This document shows positions 1-7,976 of a stretch of DNA of 64,000 nucleotides, piece by piece. The stretch covers positions 1 to 64,000 of IMG/VR virus record IMGVR_UViG_3300008117_000025; one strand, given 5' to 3'. Under the pieces are notes generated by a model, which did not search any database, was not told the origin of the DNA, and saw nothing but the letters and a program-made list of their open reading frames with translations. Position 1 is the first letter of the stretch. Every line of letters begins with the position of its first letter. Position numbers and translations under genes: made by a program. Source of the stretch: a virus.

Positions 1-126
1 AAATGCTTTTTGTATTTGCTCCCTCTCCATTGTTTTAGCCTTGGCTATTTCCGCCAAGTAGGAGTTGATTATCCTTATAGGTAATTGCTCTACAAACCAT
101 TCCATTGCTGTTATATTCTGTTTCAT
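1..126 (-). CDS. Hypothetical protein, partial (runs off window start)
   Basis: Manual translation MKQNITAMEWFVEQLPIRII...MEREQIQKAF; ATG overlaps the TGA of 123..506. Confidence 0.6.
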   Translation of the reverse strand, partial: MKQNITAMEWFVEQLPIRIINSYLAEIAKAKTMEREQIQKAF

Positions 127-506
127 AAACTTTCCATTTTCATCATATCCATTATCATTTCATTTGCTATTTTATACACTCTAAAGAACGCATCCATATC
201 TTCCTCACTAAGATCCAATAACCTACTACCAACGCTAAGCAAATTAACATCGGGTTCACGGCGATTTGGTTCCAACCAAGCAATAACATAACACGTTTCC
301 GGGTTTTTAAAGCATGAACTATCAATAGTGTGATTACTACGTGTCATTGCCCAACCACCACTATCATATTCTATTCTTTCATATCCCTCATCTAATAATT
401 CTTTCTCTGTACCATAGTACATATTCTTTTCCCACTTTACAAATTCATACTCTTTAGGTTTATAAGTGGTTTGTCTGCATTCAATATCGTTAATTCGTAT
501 ATTCAT
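123..506 (-). CDS. Hypothetical protein
   Basis: 127-aa ORF in the co-oriented gene train. Confidence 0.75.
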   Translation of the reverse strand: MNIRINDIECRQTTYKPKEYEFVKWEKNMYYGTEKELLDEGYERIEYDSGGWAMTRSNHTIDSSCFKNPETCYVIAWLEPNRREPDVNLLSVGSRLLDLSEEDMDAFFRVYKIANEMIMDMMKMESL

Positions 507-509
507 AAC

Positions 510-611
510 TTATTTACTTTTATAGTATTTAATCATTTCTTGAATTAACACTATTACTGCTGCTATGCCCATACAAGTAAGACAAAATAAATTAATTGCT
601 TCTATTAACAT
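510..611 (-). CDS. Small single-TM peptide (33 aa)
   Basis: Manual translation MLIEAINLFCLTCMGIAAVIVLIQEMIKYYKSK fills the gap between neighbours. Confidence 0.5.
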   Translation of the reverse strand: MLIEAINLFCLTCMGIAAVIVLIQEMIKYYKSK

Positions 612-616
612 AATAT

Positions 617-823
617 TTAATTTTCGTATGATTTAACTGATGGCAACCCACTATACTCACACACGTCATTTACTTTACTTATTACTTTAGTTACGTGTTT
701 GGTTATGGTCATTCCTATTCCCTCCTTCATTTTAAACGTTATTAACTTATCATTAACGCTAATAACCTTATATGGCCCACCCACCAACGTTTCTATTATA
801 TCGCCTGGTTCTATATTATTCAT
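617..823 (-). CDS. Hypothetical small beta-rich protein
   Basis: ORF 617..859; start moved to MNNIEPGD to minimise overlap with the upstream gene. Confidence 0.65.
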   Translation of the reverse strand: MNNIEPGDIIETLVGGPYKVISVNDKLITFKMKEGIGMTITKHVTKVISKVNDVCEYSGLPSVKSYEN

Positions 824-1034
824 CTTCATCGGGTTCAAGTTGGTTACCACACAAATCAATCAATTCGTTTCTCAACGTTTCATCTTCTACCTCATTACCA
901 TCCTCATCCATTACCTGCCACGAATCAAACCATTCGTTTTCTTGCAAGTTAACGTTGTAAACTGTTCCATCTTCACCTTCAACAGTGAAGTATGCTGTGC
1001 GGAGTACTTGCTGGTCTGTTATTTCGAATTTCAT
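816..1034 (-). CDS. Hypothetical acidic protein
   Basis: 72-aa D/E-rich ORF. Confidence 0.7.
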   Translation of the reverse strand: MKFEITDQQVLRTAYFTVEGEDGTVYNVNLQENEWFDSWQVMDEDGNEVEDETLRNELIDLCGNQLEPDEDE

Positions 1035-1037
1035 AAT

Positions 1038-1325
1038 TTATTTTTTAATTTCATCAAAATAAAACGTTAGTGCCTTATTATCTCCCGTTTCAATGTTAAC
1101 ATAAGTATCACCATACTCCACAACAGCACCCGATTCTATCAAGCGCTTTGCTCGTGCGAGGCGTTTCGCTACTAATGAATCGTTTACATCTGAACGTGGA
1201 TCTTCCATAAATGAAGTGGCTACATATTCACCACCACAACCACATCTGCAATGGTGGTCTTTACCTGAATAGACTTGAGAAATTTGATTGATCGTTGCGC
1301 TGAGGAATTGTTCTTTGTTTATCAT
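1038..1325 (-). CDS. Hypothetical protein with CxCGCxG motif
   Basis: VYSGKDHHCRCGCGGEY; preceded by the conserved promoter and AAATCAAAGGTTATG leader. Confidence 0.8.
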   Translation of the reverse strand: MINKEQFLSATINQISQVYSGKDHHCRCGCGGEYVATSFMEDPRSDVNDSLVAKRLARAKRLIESGAVVEYGDTYVNIETGDNKALTFYFDEIKK

Positions 1326-1340
1326 AACCTTTGATTTGTA

Positions 1341-1366
1341 TGAATATAATACTTCTACTTTGACAA
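1341..1366 (-). promoter_or_regulatory. Conserved early-type promoter TTGTCA-N12-TATATTCA
   Basis: Same motif and spacing recur upstream of 8 genes between 1.3 and 5.9 kb. Confidence 0.7.
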
Positions 1367-1636
1367 CCTAATAAAGTTATCTATGAATTCGCTATAGTTA
1401 GGATTCTCAACATACCATAATCTCCTCTTAAGCATTTTACCCTCTTTAAATATCTTAACGTATGTTCTATACACCATTACGTCGTTAGGTCTATCTATGA
1501 ACCACCCTATTTCTTTTTTCAACTCAATATCAAACCCATCCTTGGAGTAATTACTTACTACTGTTTGCTCCTTAATTAGTTTCGTTTCATCTTCCCAATA
1601 AGGTTGAATATCTTCTTTGATGATTTTGGTTTCCAT
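1355..1636 (-). CDS. Hypothetical protein
   Basis: 93-aa ORF with its own promoter copy. Confidence 0.75.
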   Translation of the reverse strand: METKIIKEDIQPYWEDETKLIKEQTVVSNYSKDGFDIELKKEIGWFIDRPNDVMVYRTYVKIFKEGKMLKRRLWYVENPNYSEFIDNFIRLSK

Positions 1637-1651
1637 ACTTTTTTATTTGTA

Positions 1652-1677
1652 TGAATATATGACCTAAACTCTGCCAA
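1652..1677 (-). promoter_or_regulatory. Promoter TTGGCA-N12-TATATTCA
   Basis: Motif copy, 12-nt spacer. Confidence 0.7.
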
Positions 1678-1728
1678 TAACCGATAATCGTATATACGTA
1701 TAAAGTGGAGTGGTGTGAGAGCCGCAAG

Positions 1729-1992
1729 CTATTCTGTATTGAACCTTTTTAGGTAATCTTCAATAAACTTATCATATTCAATCCAATGTACATAACCATC
1801 ATCCTCGGGATAATCTACTGCTACTAATACTTCATTACTATGACCCTTGGCTATACCTAATATTCCAAACCCTTCACATATTATTCCTATACTATATCCG
1901 GTTTCTAATTTGCTATGTTCCTCCATGATATCAAAATCATGTGGACATTCGGGATCGTTTATTTCGCACCATTGTTTGCTAAAGTCTGCCAT
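1729..1992 (-). CDS. Hypothetical protein (MADFSKQWCE...)
   Basis: 87-aa ORF. Confidence 0.75.
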   Translation of the reverse strand: MADFSKQWCEINDPECPHDFDIMEEHSKLETGYSIGIICEGFGILGIAKGHSNEVLVAVDYPEDDGYVHWIEYDKFIEDYLKRFNTE

Positions 1993-1993
1993 G

Positions 1994-2095
1994 TTAATTC
2001 CAATTTATGTAGTTAATAGGTGATGTTGGGTTTTCACTGTCAAGTGGAATGTACGCTATATACTCCGATATCCAAAAGAATGTATTATTACTCAT
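1994..2095 (-). CDS. Possible 33-aa peptide
   Basis: 3' part of track ORF 1994..2179 starting at MSNNTFFW; fills the gap. Confidence 0.3.
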   Translation of the reverse strand: MSNNTFFWISEYIAYIPLDSENPTSPINYINWN

Positions 2096-2267
2096 GTTCG
2101 AAGAATAAATATTCAATACAATCAGCGTACCTATCCATACCCATTTTCTTGTATGTATCGTATGCTGTTTTAATATCACAACACGCGGCTAGTTCCATCA
2201 CTTCGTGAACTACAGTGCGGCCGTAAACAGTGAATGCATCGAATAATAGTGTGAAGTTGTTTATCAT
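2088..2267 (-). CDS. Hypothetical protein
   Basis: Track ORF 2088..2351; start moved to MINNFTLL because the longer form runs through a terminator hairpin. Confidence 0.65.
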   Translation of the reverse strand: MINNFTLLFDAFTVYGRTVVHEVMELAACCDIKTAYDTYKKMGMDRYADCIEYLFFEHE

Positions 2268-2280
2268 AACGTTTAATTTG

Positions 2281-2316
2281 AAATGAAAGTAGGTGGGCAA
2301 TTTTGCCCACCCACTT
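2281..2316 (-). terminator. Intrinsic terminator
   Basis: Minus-strand stem GGTGGGCAA/TTGCCCACC followed by TACTTTCATTT. Confidence 0.65.
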
Positions 2317-2322
2317 CTATTA

Positions 2323-2628
2323 TTACTTGTATAAGAAATTTCTAATAGCATCCTTAGCTAATCCAGCTATATCACTTTCATTGAGTTCTAAACTATCCAA
2401 TTCTACTTCTCTATAATTCATAGTTAAATCATAACTATAAACCAAATCCATACTATCATCCACAATTCCAGATGCGATCTGATCTGCTAAATCATTAATT
2501 TGCTCATCAGTGAGTGTTCCTGTTGATTCGGAATCCTCAATGTCATTGATCATTTTAATTACTTGCTCTACGCTGTAGAATCCTGGGAGTTGCTTTTGTA
2601 GTGTCTCGATTGTTTGTTGTTTAGTCAT
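2323..2628 (-). CDS. Hypothetical acidic protein
   Basis: 101-aa ORF with conserved leader. Confidence 0.8.
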   Translation of the reverse strand: MTKQQTIETLQKQLPGFYSVEQVIKMINDIEDSESTGTLTDEQINDLADQIASGIVDDSMDLVYSYDLTMNYREVELDSLELNESDIAGLAKDAIRNFLYK

Positions 2629-2656
2629 AACCTTTGATTTTTTATTTTTATTTGAT

Positions 2657-2682
2657 TGAATATATAATATTTACTCTGCCTA
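2657..2682 (-). promoter_or_regulatory. Promoter TAGGCA-N12-TATATTCA
   Basis: Motif copy. Confidence 0.7.
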
Positions 2683-2684
2683 TT

Positions 2685-2978
2685 TTAACCTACCAATTCT
2701 TTTATATTATCAAACCAAGCTTGGATATCTAAACAGAATTTTACAGCTCTCTCCTCAGTCTTGGCGTAGGCAAAGAACTGACAAGTCTCTGAATCGAATT
2801 CGATCCCATCACAATCTATATGATCCTGTATATGCTCCTCAACATCGTAATTACTACGATACTCTTTAAAGCAATACTCTCTTTTGAGATTACCTGTGAT
2901 AGTGTAACCCCTGTCTCCTTCATACTTGTTGACTTCGAATCCGAATGGATAAACTTTTTCAAATAATTTTTTTGACAT
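2685..2978 (-). CDS. Hypothetical protein
   Basis: 97-aa ORF with conserved leader. Confidence 0.8.
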   Translation of the reverse strand: MSKKLFEKVYPFGFEVNKYEGDRGYTITGNLKREYCFKEYRSNYDVEEHIQDHIDCDGIEFDSETCQFFAYAKTEERAVKFCLDIQAWFDNIKELVG

Positions 2979-3001
2979 AACCTTTGATTTTTTTATTTGT
3001 A

Positions 3002-3027
3002 TGAATATAATACCAGAATTTAGCCCA
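3002..3027 (-). promoter_or_regulatory. Promoter TGGGCT-N12-TATATTCA
   Basis: Motif copy. Confidence 0.65.
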
Positions 3028-3322
3028 TTATATAATCTCCTTCGCCTTGCCCATCAACATAATCGCTATACGTTCTATTAGTTAAATTATTTTGAACATC
3101 ATAAACAGGGACATTTTCAACTTCAATACCCATTTCATCAGCCACACTAAACCATTCATCTAAATAATATAAAGTACCTACTTGTTCTTTAAATTCATCT
3201 TCACTGTAGGTATTATTTAGAAAATGATCTGTAATACCTAAACAAGTATCACCATCATAATGCATCGAAAATCGTCCTACTTCTAATGGGTTAAGTTTTA
3301 GCTCATTAAAATTAATTTTCAT
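3020..3322 (-). CDS. Hypothetical acidic protein
   Basis: 100-aa ORF. Confidence 0.75.
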   Translation of the reverse strand: MKINFNELKLNPLEVGRFSMHYDGDTCLGITDHFLNNTYSEDEFKEQVGTLYYLDEWFSVADEMGIEVENVPVYDVQNNLTNRTYSDYVDGQGEGDYIMG

Positions 3323-3342
3323 ACGTTTTAATTTTATTTGTA

Positions 3343-3368
3343 TGAATATAATATCTTTATTCTGCCAG
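3343..3368 (-). promoter_or_regulatory. Promoter CTGGCA-N12-TATATTCA
   Basis: Motif copy. Confidence 0.7.
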
Positions 3369-3899
3369 CATCAGTCGTTCATGATTGAATTTAGCTATTT
3401 CATTTCTCCCAGCTAACCAACCATACTCTGATTTAAGTTGTTCATATGCTTCATTCATTGGTTTATTAATAACTGAACCTAACATGAATGCAAATGTATT
3501 ATTTGATTCTTCGATTAGTCGCTTATCACCTTTAAGGCTATATACTAATGCTTCACCTACTTCACTAACAAACATACCACTATATAATCCCTTTAGGTTA
3601 TGTTTTTCTACGAATTGATTAGCATGACACCAAATGTATATGTTTTGTTTATCACGTAATAGTTCGGCTGTTTTAAAATCAACTATATACCCATTACTAC
3701 CTCCAAATTGACCAACACTAAACAATCCATTTGGTGAACCATGCCCCAACATTATAATTCGGTTATGAGCCAATATAAGATTTTCCACTTCAGCTATAGT
3801 ATAACCACCAGTAATAACTGTTTTAGTAGGGATATCTTCGTATATCTCTCTTAGAAAGTGAGTCGTTTTATCAAACGGATGTATTACAAGTGTTTTCAT
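3357..3899 (-). CDS. Putative clan CD (caspase/gingipain-like) cysteine peptidase
   Basis: Hydrophobic strand then GHGS (IIMLGHGSPNG) and a later strand ending in Cys (IYIWCHA), matching the His-Gly...Cys dyad layout. Confidence 0.45.
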   Translation of the reverse strand: MKTLVIHPFDKTTHFLREIYEDIPTKTVITGGYTIAEVENLILAHNRIIMLGHGSPNGLFSVGQFGGSNGYIVDFKTAELLRDKQNIYIWCHANQFVEKHNLKGLYSGMFVSEVGEALVYSLKGDKRLIEESNNTFAFMLGSVINKPMNEAYEQLKSEYGWLAGRNEIAKFNHERLMLAE

Positions 3900-4144
3900 A
3901 TATTGTAGTGTGGAGTGAATTGGTCATCATAATCTAAATTATCTTCCTGCCTTTTTATTTCATCTTCAGCATATTCAATCCAGTCACTTACTGTATCAAA
4001 CATACCTTGAGCATCACCATTAAGGTAAAGATTTATAAGTGCTTCGGCTGATTCCGATGGATATTTCCTTAGGTCTTCAGCTACCTGTAGAGTGAGATTT
4101 CGGATTTGATCTTCGCTTAAAACGCGTGTATTATTTCTATTCAT
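3896..4144 (-). CDS. Hypothetical protein
   Basis: 82-aa ORF with its own promoter. Confidence 0.75.
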   Translation of the reverse strand: MNRNNTRVLSEDQIRNLTLQVAEDLRKYPSESAEALINLYLNGDAQGMFDTVSDWIEYAEDEIKRQEDNLDYDDQFTPHYNI

Positions 4145-4158
4145 AACCTTTATTTAAT

Positions 4159-4184
4159 TGAATATATGATTCTAACTTTGACAA
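4159..4184 (-). promoter_or_regulatory. Promoter TTGTCA-N12-TATATTCA
   Basis: Motif copy. Confidence 0.7.
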
Positions 4185-4385
4185 TTAATAATCATCCTCA
4201 TCAAAATCATATCCATCTTCCATATCGGATTCAAAATAAAATTGCCCAATTTCATCTAATTCAGTGTAGTAATCTTCAAGTGTTTGAATGAAATCTTCCA
4301 AATCGAAATTATCAGGTTGACCCTTTTCATTCAGTACATTAGTTGCTACTGTAATCAATTCGCTGAGAATGTCTTTAACTTCCAT
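4185..4385 (-). CDS. Hypothetical very acidic protein
   Basis: 66 aa, D/E-rich C-terminus. Confidence 0.7.
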   Translation of the reverse strand: MEVKDILSELITVATNVLNEKGQPDNFDLEDFIQTLEDYYTELDEIGQFYFESDMEDGYDFDEDDY

Positions 4386-4402
4386 TTTTATTTAATTTTT
4401 AA

Positions 4403-4428
4403 TAAATATATGACTTAAGCTTCGCCCA
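4403..4428 (-). promoter_or_regulatory. Promoter TGGGCG-N12-TATATTTA
   Basis: Motif copy. Confidence 0.6.
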
Positions 4429-4705
4429 CAACACCTATATAAGGGAAATTTATTCTTCCTCCATTTAAAACGGAGATGATTTCCAATATTGCTTTTTGGC
4501 TATCAATATGGGCTTGTTTACTATCATTAGCATGTTCAATCAATTCATTTATTTTCTTAAGCATACCAATTATATCCATATTTTGGGTATGTTGTTCCCT
4601 ATCTATTTCAATTAATTCCTGTTGTATTTTACGAATATGAAGTATTAAGTATAGGTTTACTAATCCTAATACTACTATCATTATTATTTCCAAAATTCCC
4701 ACCAT
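4415..4705 (-). CDS. N-terminal TM plus coiled-coil protein
   Basis: Hydrophobic residues 3-22 followed by a heptad-like region. Confidence 0.7.
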   Translation of the reverse strand: MVGILEIIMIVVLGLVNLYLILHIRKIQQELIEIDREQHTQNMDIIGMLKKINELIEHANDSKQAHIDSQKAILEIISVLNGGRINFPYIGVVGEA

Positions 4706-4971
4706 TTTTTATTTGATTGAGGTAAACATTTTGAGAATGGATTATTACTAAACGATACTTTACCGTGATATTTAGAAGACATCATATTAAAGAATATCTC
4801 ATGGTATTTTTCAGGTATTGTACTAAAATCAGCTTCAACCTTAACACTCAATTCAATTGGAGTATTTTTTTCCATCACTGTTAGAACCTCATTTAATGTT
4901 ACTAACTGTGATGTTTGAATGTTTAGATGTGAACCAAGCCCAACAAATATTTCTTCTTGTTTCTTCTTCAT
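4684..4971 (-). CDS. Hypothetical protein with C-terminal KKWWEFWK motif
   Basis: Track ORF 4684..5013; start moved to MKKKQEE because the upstream part is a terminator hairpin. Confidence 0.7.
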   Translation of the reverse strand: MKKKQEEIFVGLGSHLNIQTSQLVTLNEVLTVMEKNTPIELSVKVEADFSTIPEKYHEIFFNMMSSKYHGKVSFSNNPFSKCLPQSNKKWWEFWK

Positions 4972-4974
4972 AAC

Positions 4975-5015
4975 AATAAATGTAAGGTGGGGGTTTTGAA
5001 CCCCCAACCTCACTT
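4975..5015 (-). terminator. Intrinsic terminator after DUF932 gene
   Basis: Stem GGGGGTT/AACCCCC extended by AGGT/ACCT; T-rich tail. Confidence 0.55.
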
Positions 5016-5018
5016 AAA

Positions 5019-5804
5019 TCAAAGGTAACTTTCAGCCAGTTCGAACAATTGTTCGTTTATCTCTATGTCTTTTTGGAAGTTCTTAACCGAACGAGCCTTA
5101 CGCTTACCAGCTCTATATGAACCACCAATTAGTTTTTCTTGTACCCTATTAAACACAGCCCACATATCATTGCCTGCGTCTTGAGGGCGATCAACAGCAA
5201 GTACATCCATAATGTTTACTCTTGCTTTAGTTCTCAATTGCATTGCTTTAGTAGCAAAATCCTGTATTTGATCATCAGTCAATTCAGTTGACTTAAACAA
5301 GTTAATTTTCTGAACCAGGTTAGGTAGTTTAGCAATTATTTCCTGGATTTTAGTTTGTAGTGTTTCAAAGGTGTAGTTAGTGTGCCTAATTGAAACATTG
5401 TTAAAATCAGCATCTGCAACTACCAATCCATTACTACATACCAACCTAAAGATACCTACTCTAAAGTTGAATGCTGCTTTACCATCATGTGAATTGGTAA
5501 GTAGGATCTGTGGAAATGAATCGTCTCCGTCTTTACCCTTAATCATAATATTTGGGTTACGGAATACAACCATGTGTTTTTGGAATCCCTTATATTTACG
5601 GGATTTTACCTCTTGTGCTTTAGTTACTTCCCAACCCAAACTCATCAAATCCTCTACAACACGTGCTGTTGGGGTTTGAATATACTTGTCTGTTAGGTGA
5701 GGTGCTTTTTCAGTTGTAAATACTGATGGAGCGATTGCTTTAATTCTCTCAAGTGAAAATACTTCACCCAGAATCATGTTGTTTGTTTGTAATTCGTTTG
5801 ACAT
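5019..5804 (-). CDS. DUF932 (DUF945)-family protein
   Basis: PQILLTNSHDGKAAFNFRVGIFRLVCSNGLV and WAVFNRVQEKL motifs. Confidence 0.85.
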   Translation of the reverse strand: MSNELQTNNMILGEVFSLERIKAIAPSVFTTEKAPHLTDKYIQTPTARVVEDLMSLGWEVTKAQEVKSRKYKGFQKHMVVFRNPNIMIKGKDGDDSFPQILLTNSHDGKAAFNFRVGIFRLVCSNGLVVADADFNNVSIRHTNYTFETLQTKIQEIIAKLPNLVQKINLFKSTELTDDQIQDFATKAMQLRTKARVNIMDVLAVDRPQDAGNDMWAVFNRVQEKLIGGSYRAGKRKARSVKNFQKDIEINEQLFELAESYL

Positions 5805-5834
5805 AACCTTTGATTTTTTAATTATTTAATACAC

Positions 5835-5860
5835 TAAATCTACACTTATTATTCTGACCG
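5835..5860 (-). promoter_or_regulatory. Promoter CGGTCA-N12-TAGATTTA
   Basis: Motif copy upstream of the DUF932 gene. Confidence 0.6.
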
Positions 5861-5862
5861 AC

Positions 5863-6057
5863 CTAATTTAGGACGGCTTGTTTAGCATATATAATTGCTT
5901 CACTATACATTTCTTGCTCCCATTCTGTTTCGGGATGGAATTCCTTATTAACCGCCTCAACTAATTTTCTATTATCTGTAATACCACACATTACCATTGA
6001 TGAAACAAGAGCTTCAATTTGCATACATTTAAAGTACATTTCAGCGTTGGTAGTCAT
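5863..6057 (-). CDS. Hypothetical protein
   Basis: Track ORF 5863..6105; likely start MTTNAEMY. Confidence 0.65.
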   Translation of the reverse strand: MTTNAEMYFKCMQIEALVSSMVMCGITDNRKLVEAVNKEFHPETEWEQEMYSEAIIYAKQAVLN

Positions 6058-6058
6058 A

Positions 6059-6250
6059 CTATTTAAATTTTTCTTGTTGTTGTTTTCTAAACTTAAGCCA
6101 TTCAAATTGCTCAGCCAAACTTGCTCCTCGTTGTCCTAATTCAGCCCATGTTTCCTCGTGTAATGGTTTACGTTTAGTTTTTTTATGCAATGATCTATCT
6201 AATTTCCTACTCGCTTTGTCTTGTGCTTGATCTTTAGTAATAATTGGCAT
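6059..6250 (-). CDS. Hypothetical basic protein
   Basis: 63-aa ORF. Confidence 0.65.
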   Translation of the reverse strand: MPIITKDQAQDKASRKLDRSLHKKTKRKPLHEETWAELGQRGASLAEQFEWLKFRKQQQEKFK

Positions 6251-6253
6251 TTA

Positions 6254-6889
6254 TTATTTATTTATTTTAAATTTAAATCCAGTAATTTGCTCAACCACAC
6301 TAACAGGTACTTCATTATTTTTTAAACCATCTGCTTTACTACCATTATTCTCAAACAAAAATGCTTCGTATGTATTCATTCTCTTATTATATATAACCTT
6401 CCAACATTGTTTAGGTACTGATGTTGTACCTATTTTTTTAGCTACTCCAACTGAACCAGCCCAAATATACAGTGAATCATATTTAAGTGATTCTTCACGT
6501 GTCATTTCTTCTAATGATTTCCAATCACCCCTGTTTAATTGTGGTGTTTGGGGAGTCATATTGCTGAAGTAAAACGATTCAGTCATTTTGACTATATCAC
6601 AAGCACCATCTGCTGCTGGAAATATATGGCCACGATCATATCCTGAGGCATTATAGTCAGCTTGTAAATTAGTGTGTTGTAATAATTTAGGGTCAGGTCC
6701 AAAATTGTCTGTTCGTTTTACTTTGGTTGAACAATTTAACATTGCTCTTGTTAACCACCATTCAACCTTAACAGGGTAATGTTTGGATTTGCTAAATGTT
6801 GTCTTGTAGGCTTTGTGAGTGATTGTAACTGTATCTTGAGCTGAAACAGTAAAACTAATCAATAATAGAAGGGATAATAGGTATTTCAT
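6254..6889 (-). CDS. Exported DNA/RNA non-specific endonuclease (NucA/EndoG type)
   Basis: GYDRGHIFPAAD catalytic motif, NMTPQTPQLNRGDWKSLEE; signal peptide MKYLLSLLLLISFTVSA-Q. Confidence 0.9.
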   Translation of the reverse strand: MKYLLSLLLLISFTVSAQDTVTITHKAYKTTFSKSKHYPVKVEWWLTRAMLNCSTKVKRTDNFGPDPKLLQHTNLQADYNASGYDRGHIFPAADGACDIVKMTESFYFSNMTPQTPQLNRGDWKSLEEMTREESLKYDSLYIWAGSVGVAKKIGTTSVPKQCWKVIYNKRMNTYEAFLFENNGSKADGLKNNEVPVSVVEQITGFKFKINK

Positions 6890-6903
6890 ACCTATAAATA
6901 TCA

Positions 6904-7131
6904 CTACATATCCATTATTGATTTGGAGATAGCCTCATAATATTCTTCTCTTAAACGCCTAACAACAGCCTCAGCGCTTGCTACACCTGCTTTAAACATT
7001 TGATCATTGTGTTGATAACCACGTTCATTGATTACTTTGAAAATTTCTTCAAATAGTTCAAATCCAAAATAAGTACCATCAATTGTTTTATACTTATCAA
7101 AATGTAAGGCGTGTACTGAATTCATATCCAA
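6904..7131 (-). CDS. Hypothetical protein
   Basis: 75-aa ORF. Confidence 0.65.
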   Translation of the reverse strand: MDMNSVHALHFDKYKTIDGTYFGFELFEEIFKVINERGYQHNDQMFKAGVASAEAVVRRLREEYYEAISKSIMDM

Positions 7132-7325
7132 TTGTATTTAGATTGTTTAAGTGCTTGTCTTTCACCTGCGCTTCGTGGTTTAGATTCAATTCTAACACCA
7201 GTTGCTTTTAATTTACGGCCTCTTCTCTTATAAGGACATTCCTCAGGTTCATCCCATTTCCATTTCTTTACTTTTTCAAGGAATAATGCTCTATAACTTG
7301 CTAAACGTTCGGCTTCTGTTCTCAT
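7122..7325 (-). CDS. Hypothetical basic protein
   Basis: 67-aa ORF, coupled to neighbours. Confidence 0.65.
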   Translation of the reverse strand: MRTEAERLASYRALFLEKVKKWKWDEPEECPYKRRGRKLKATGVRIESKPRSAGERQALKQSKYNWI

Positions 7326-7519
7326 ATTAGTTCAAATATAAGTTCTTGACCTTGACAAATATACTCTAATGTATCAAATTTATTCATGTGATTGAGTGGT
7401 TTAGCCTCATCTTCATTCATTGACCACTGTGGTACACCACCATATTTTAAACCAGTGAAATAACCATACTCACTCATTACAATATACTCTTGTTGTTTAG
7501 TTGGTTTTTTCTTCTTCAT
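7322..7519 (-). CDS. Hypothetical protein
   Basis: 65-aa ORF. Confidence 0.65.
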   Translation of the reverse strand: MKKKKPTKQQEYIVMSEYGYFTGLKYGGVPQWSMNEDEAKPLNHMNKFDTLEYICQGQELIFELI

Positions 7520-7522
7520 AAG

Positions 7523-7756
7523 TTAATTTACCATATCAAAACTTATATTACTTTCAGACATCAATTCATGTAATTTATCTCTCACTTCCTGATATGCATC
7601 ATATTTGTCTTCAGGTAAATCATCAGAAGCATATTTAGTTTTGGCTCTTAAATCCTGATCCAATTCCCAAAGTACACTCCAAAAATTAGATGCGTTAGTT
7701 GTTAATGTAAATTCTGTTTGATCATCAGGTAAATTAAATTCTAATATTGCTTTCAT
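7523..7756 (-). CDS. Hypothetical protein (MKAILEFNLPDD family)
   Basis: 77-aa ORF; N-terminal motif recurrent in uncultured phages. Confidence 0.75.
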   Translation of the reverse strand: MKAILEFNLPDDQTEFTLTTNASNFWSVLWELDQDLRAKTKYASDDLPEDKYDAYQEVRDKLHELMSESNISFDMVN

Positions 7757-7763
7757 AACTTAT

Positions 7764-7976
7764 TTATTTTATCTTTTTAATTATAAATTGTATTAATTTT
7801 ACTAACAATACTACTGATGCTATTGCATTAAATTCTTCAAATCCTGGTTCTTGATCTGAAATTAATATCCAAATTATGCCAATCAAAATAACTAAACCAT
7901 GAACTCCCCATAACAATGCTATAGGGAGTGCTACTATCATTCCTAGTACTTCTAGTATTTTTAATAGTATTTTCAA
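7764..7976 (-). CDS. Small membrane protein
   Basis: Two hydrophobic segments. Confidence 0.65.
   Translation of the reverse strand: MKILLKILEVLGMIVALPIALLWGVHGLVILIGIIWILISDQEPGFEEFNAIASVVLLVKLIQFIIKKIK

Noticed and set aside
1689-1702. Overlapping palindromes CGTATATACG / TATACGTATA upstream of a promoter
   Set aside because: Single AT-rich occurrence; could be chance, and I could not confirm a second copy
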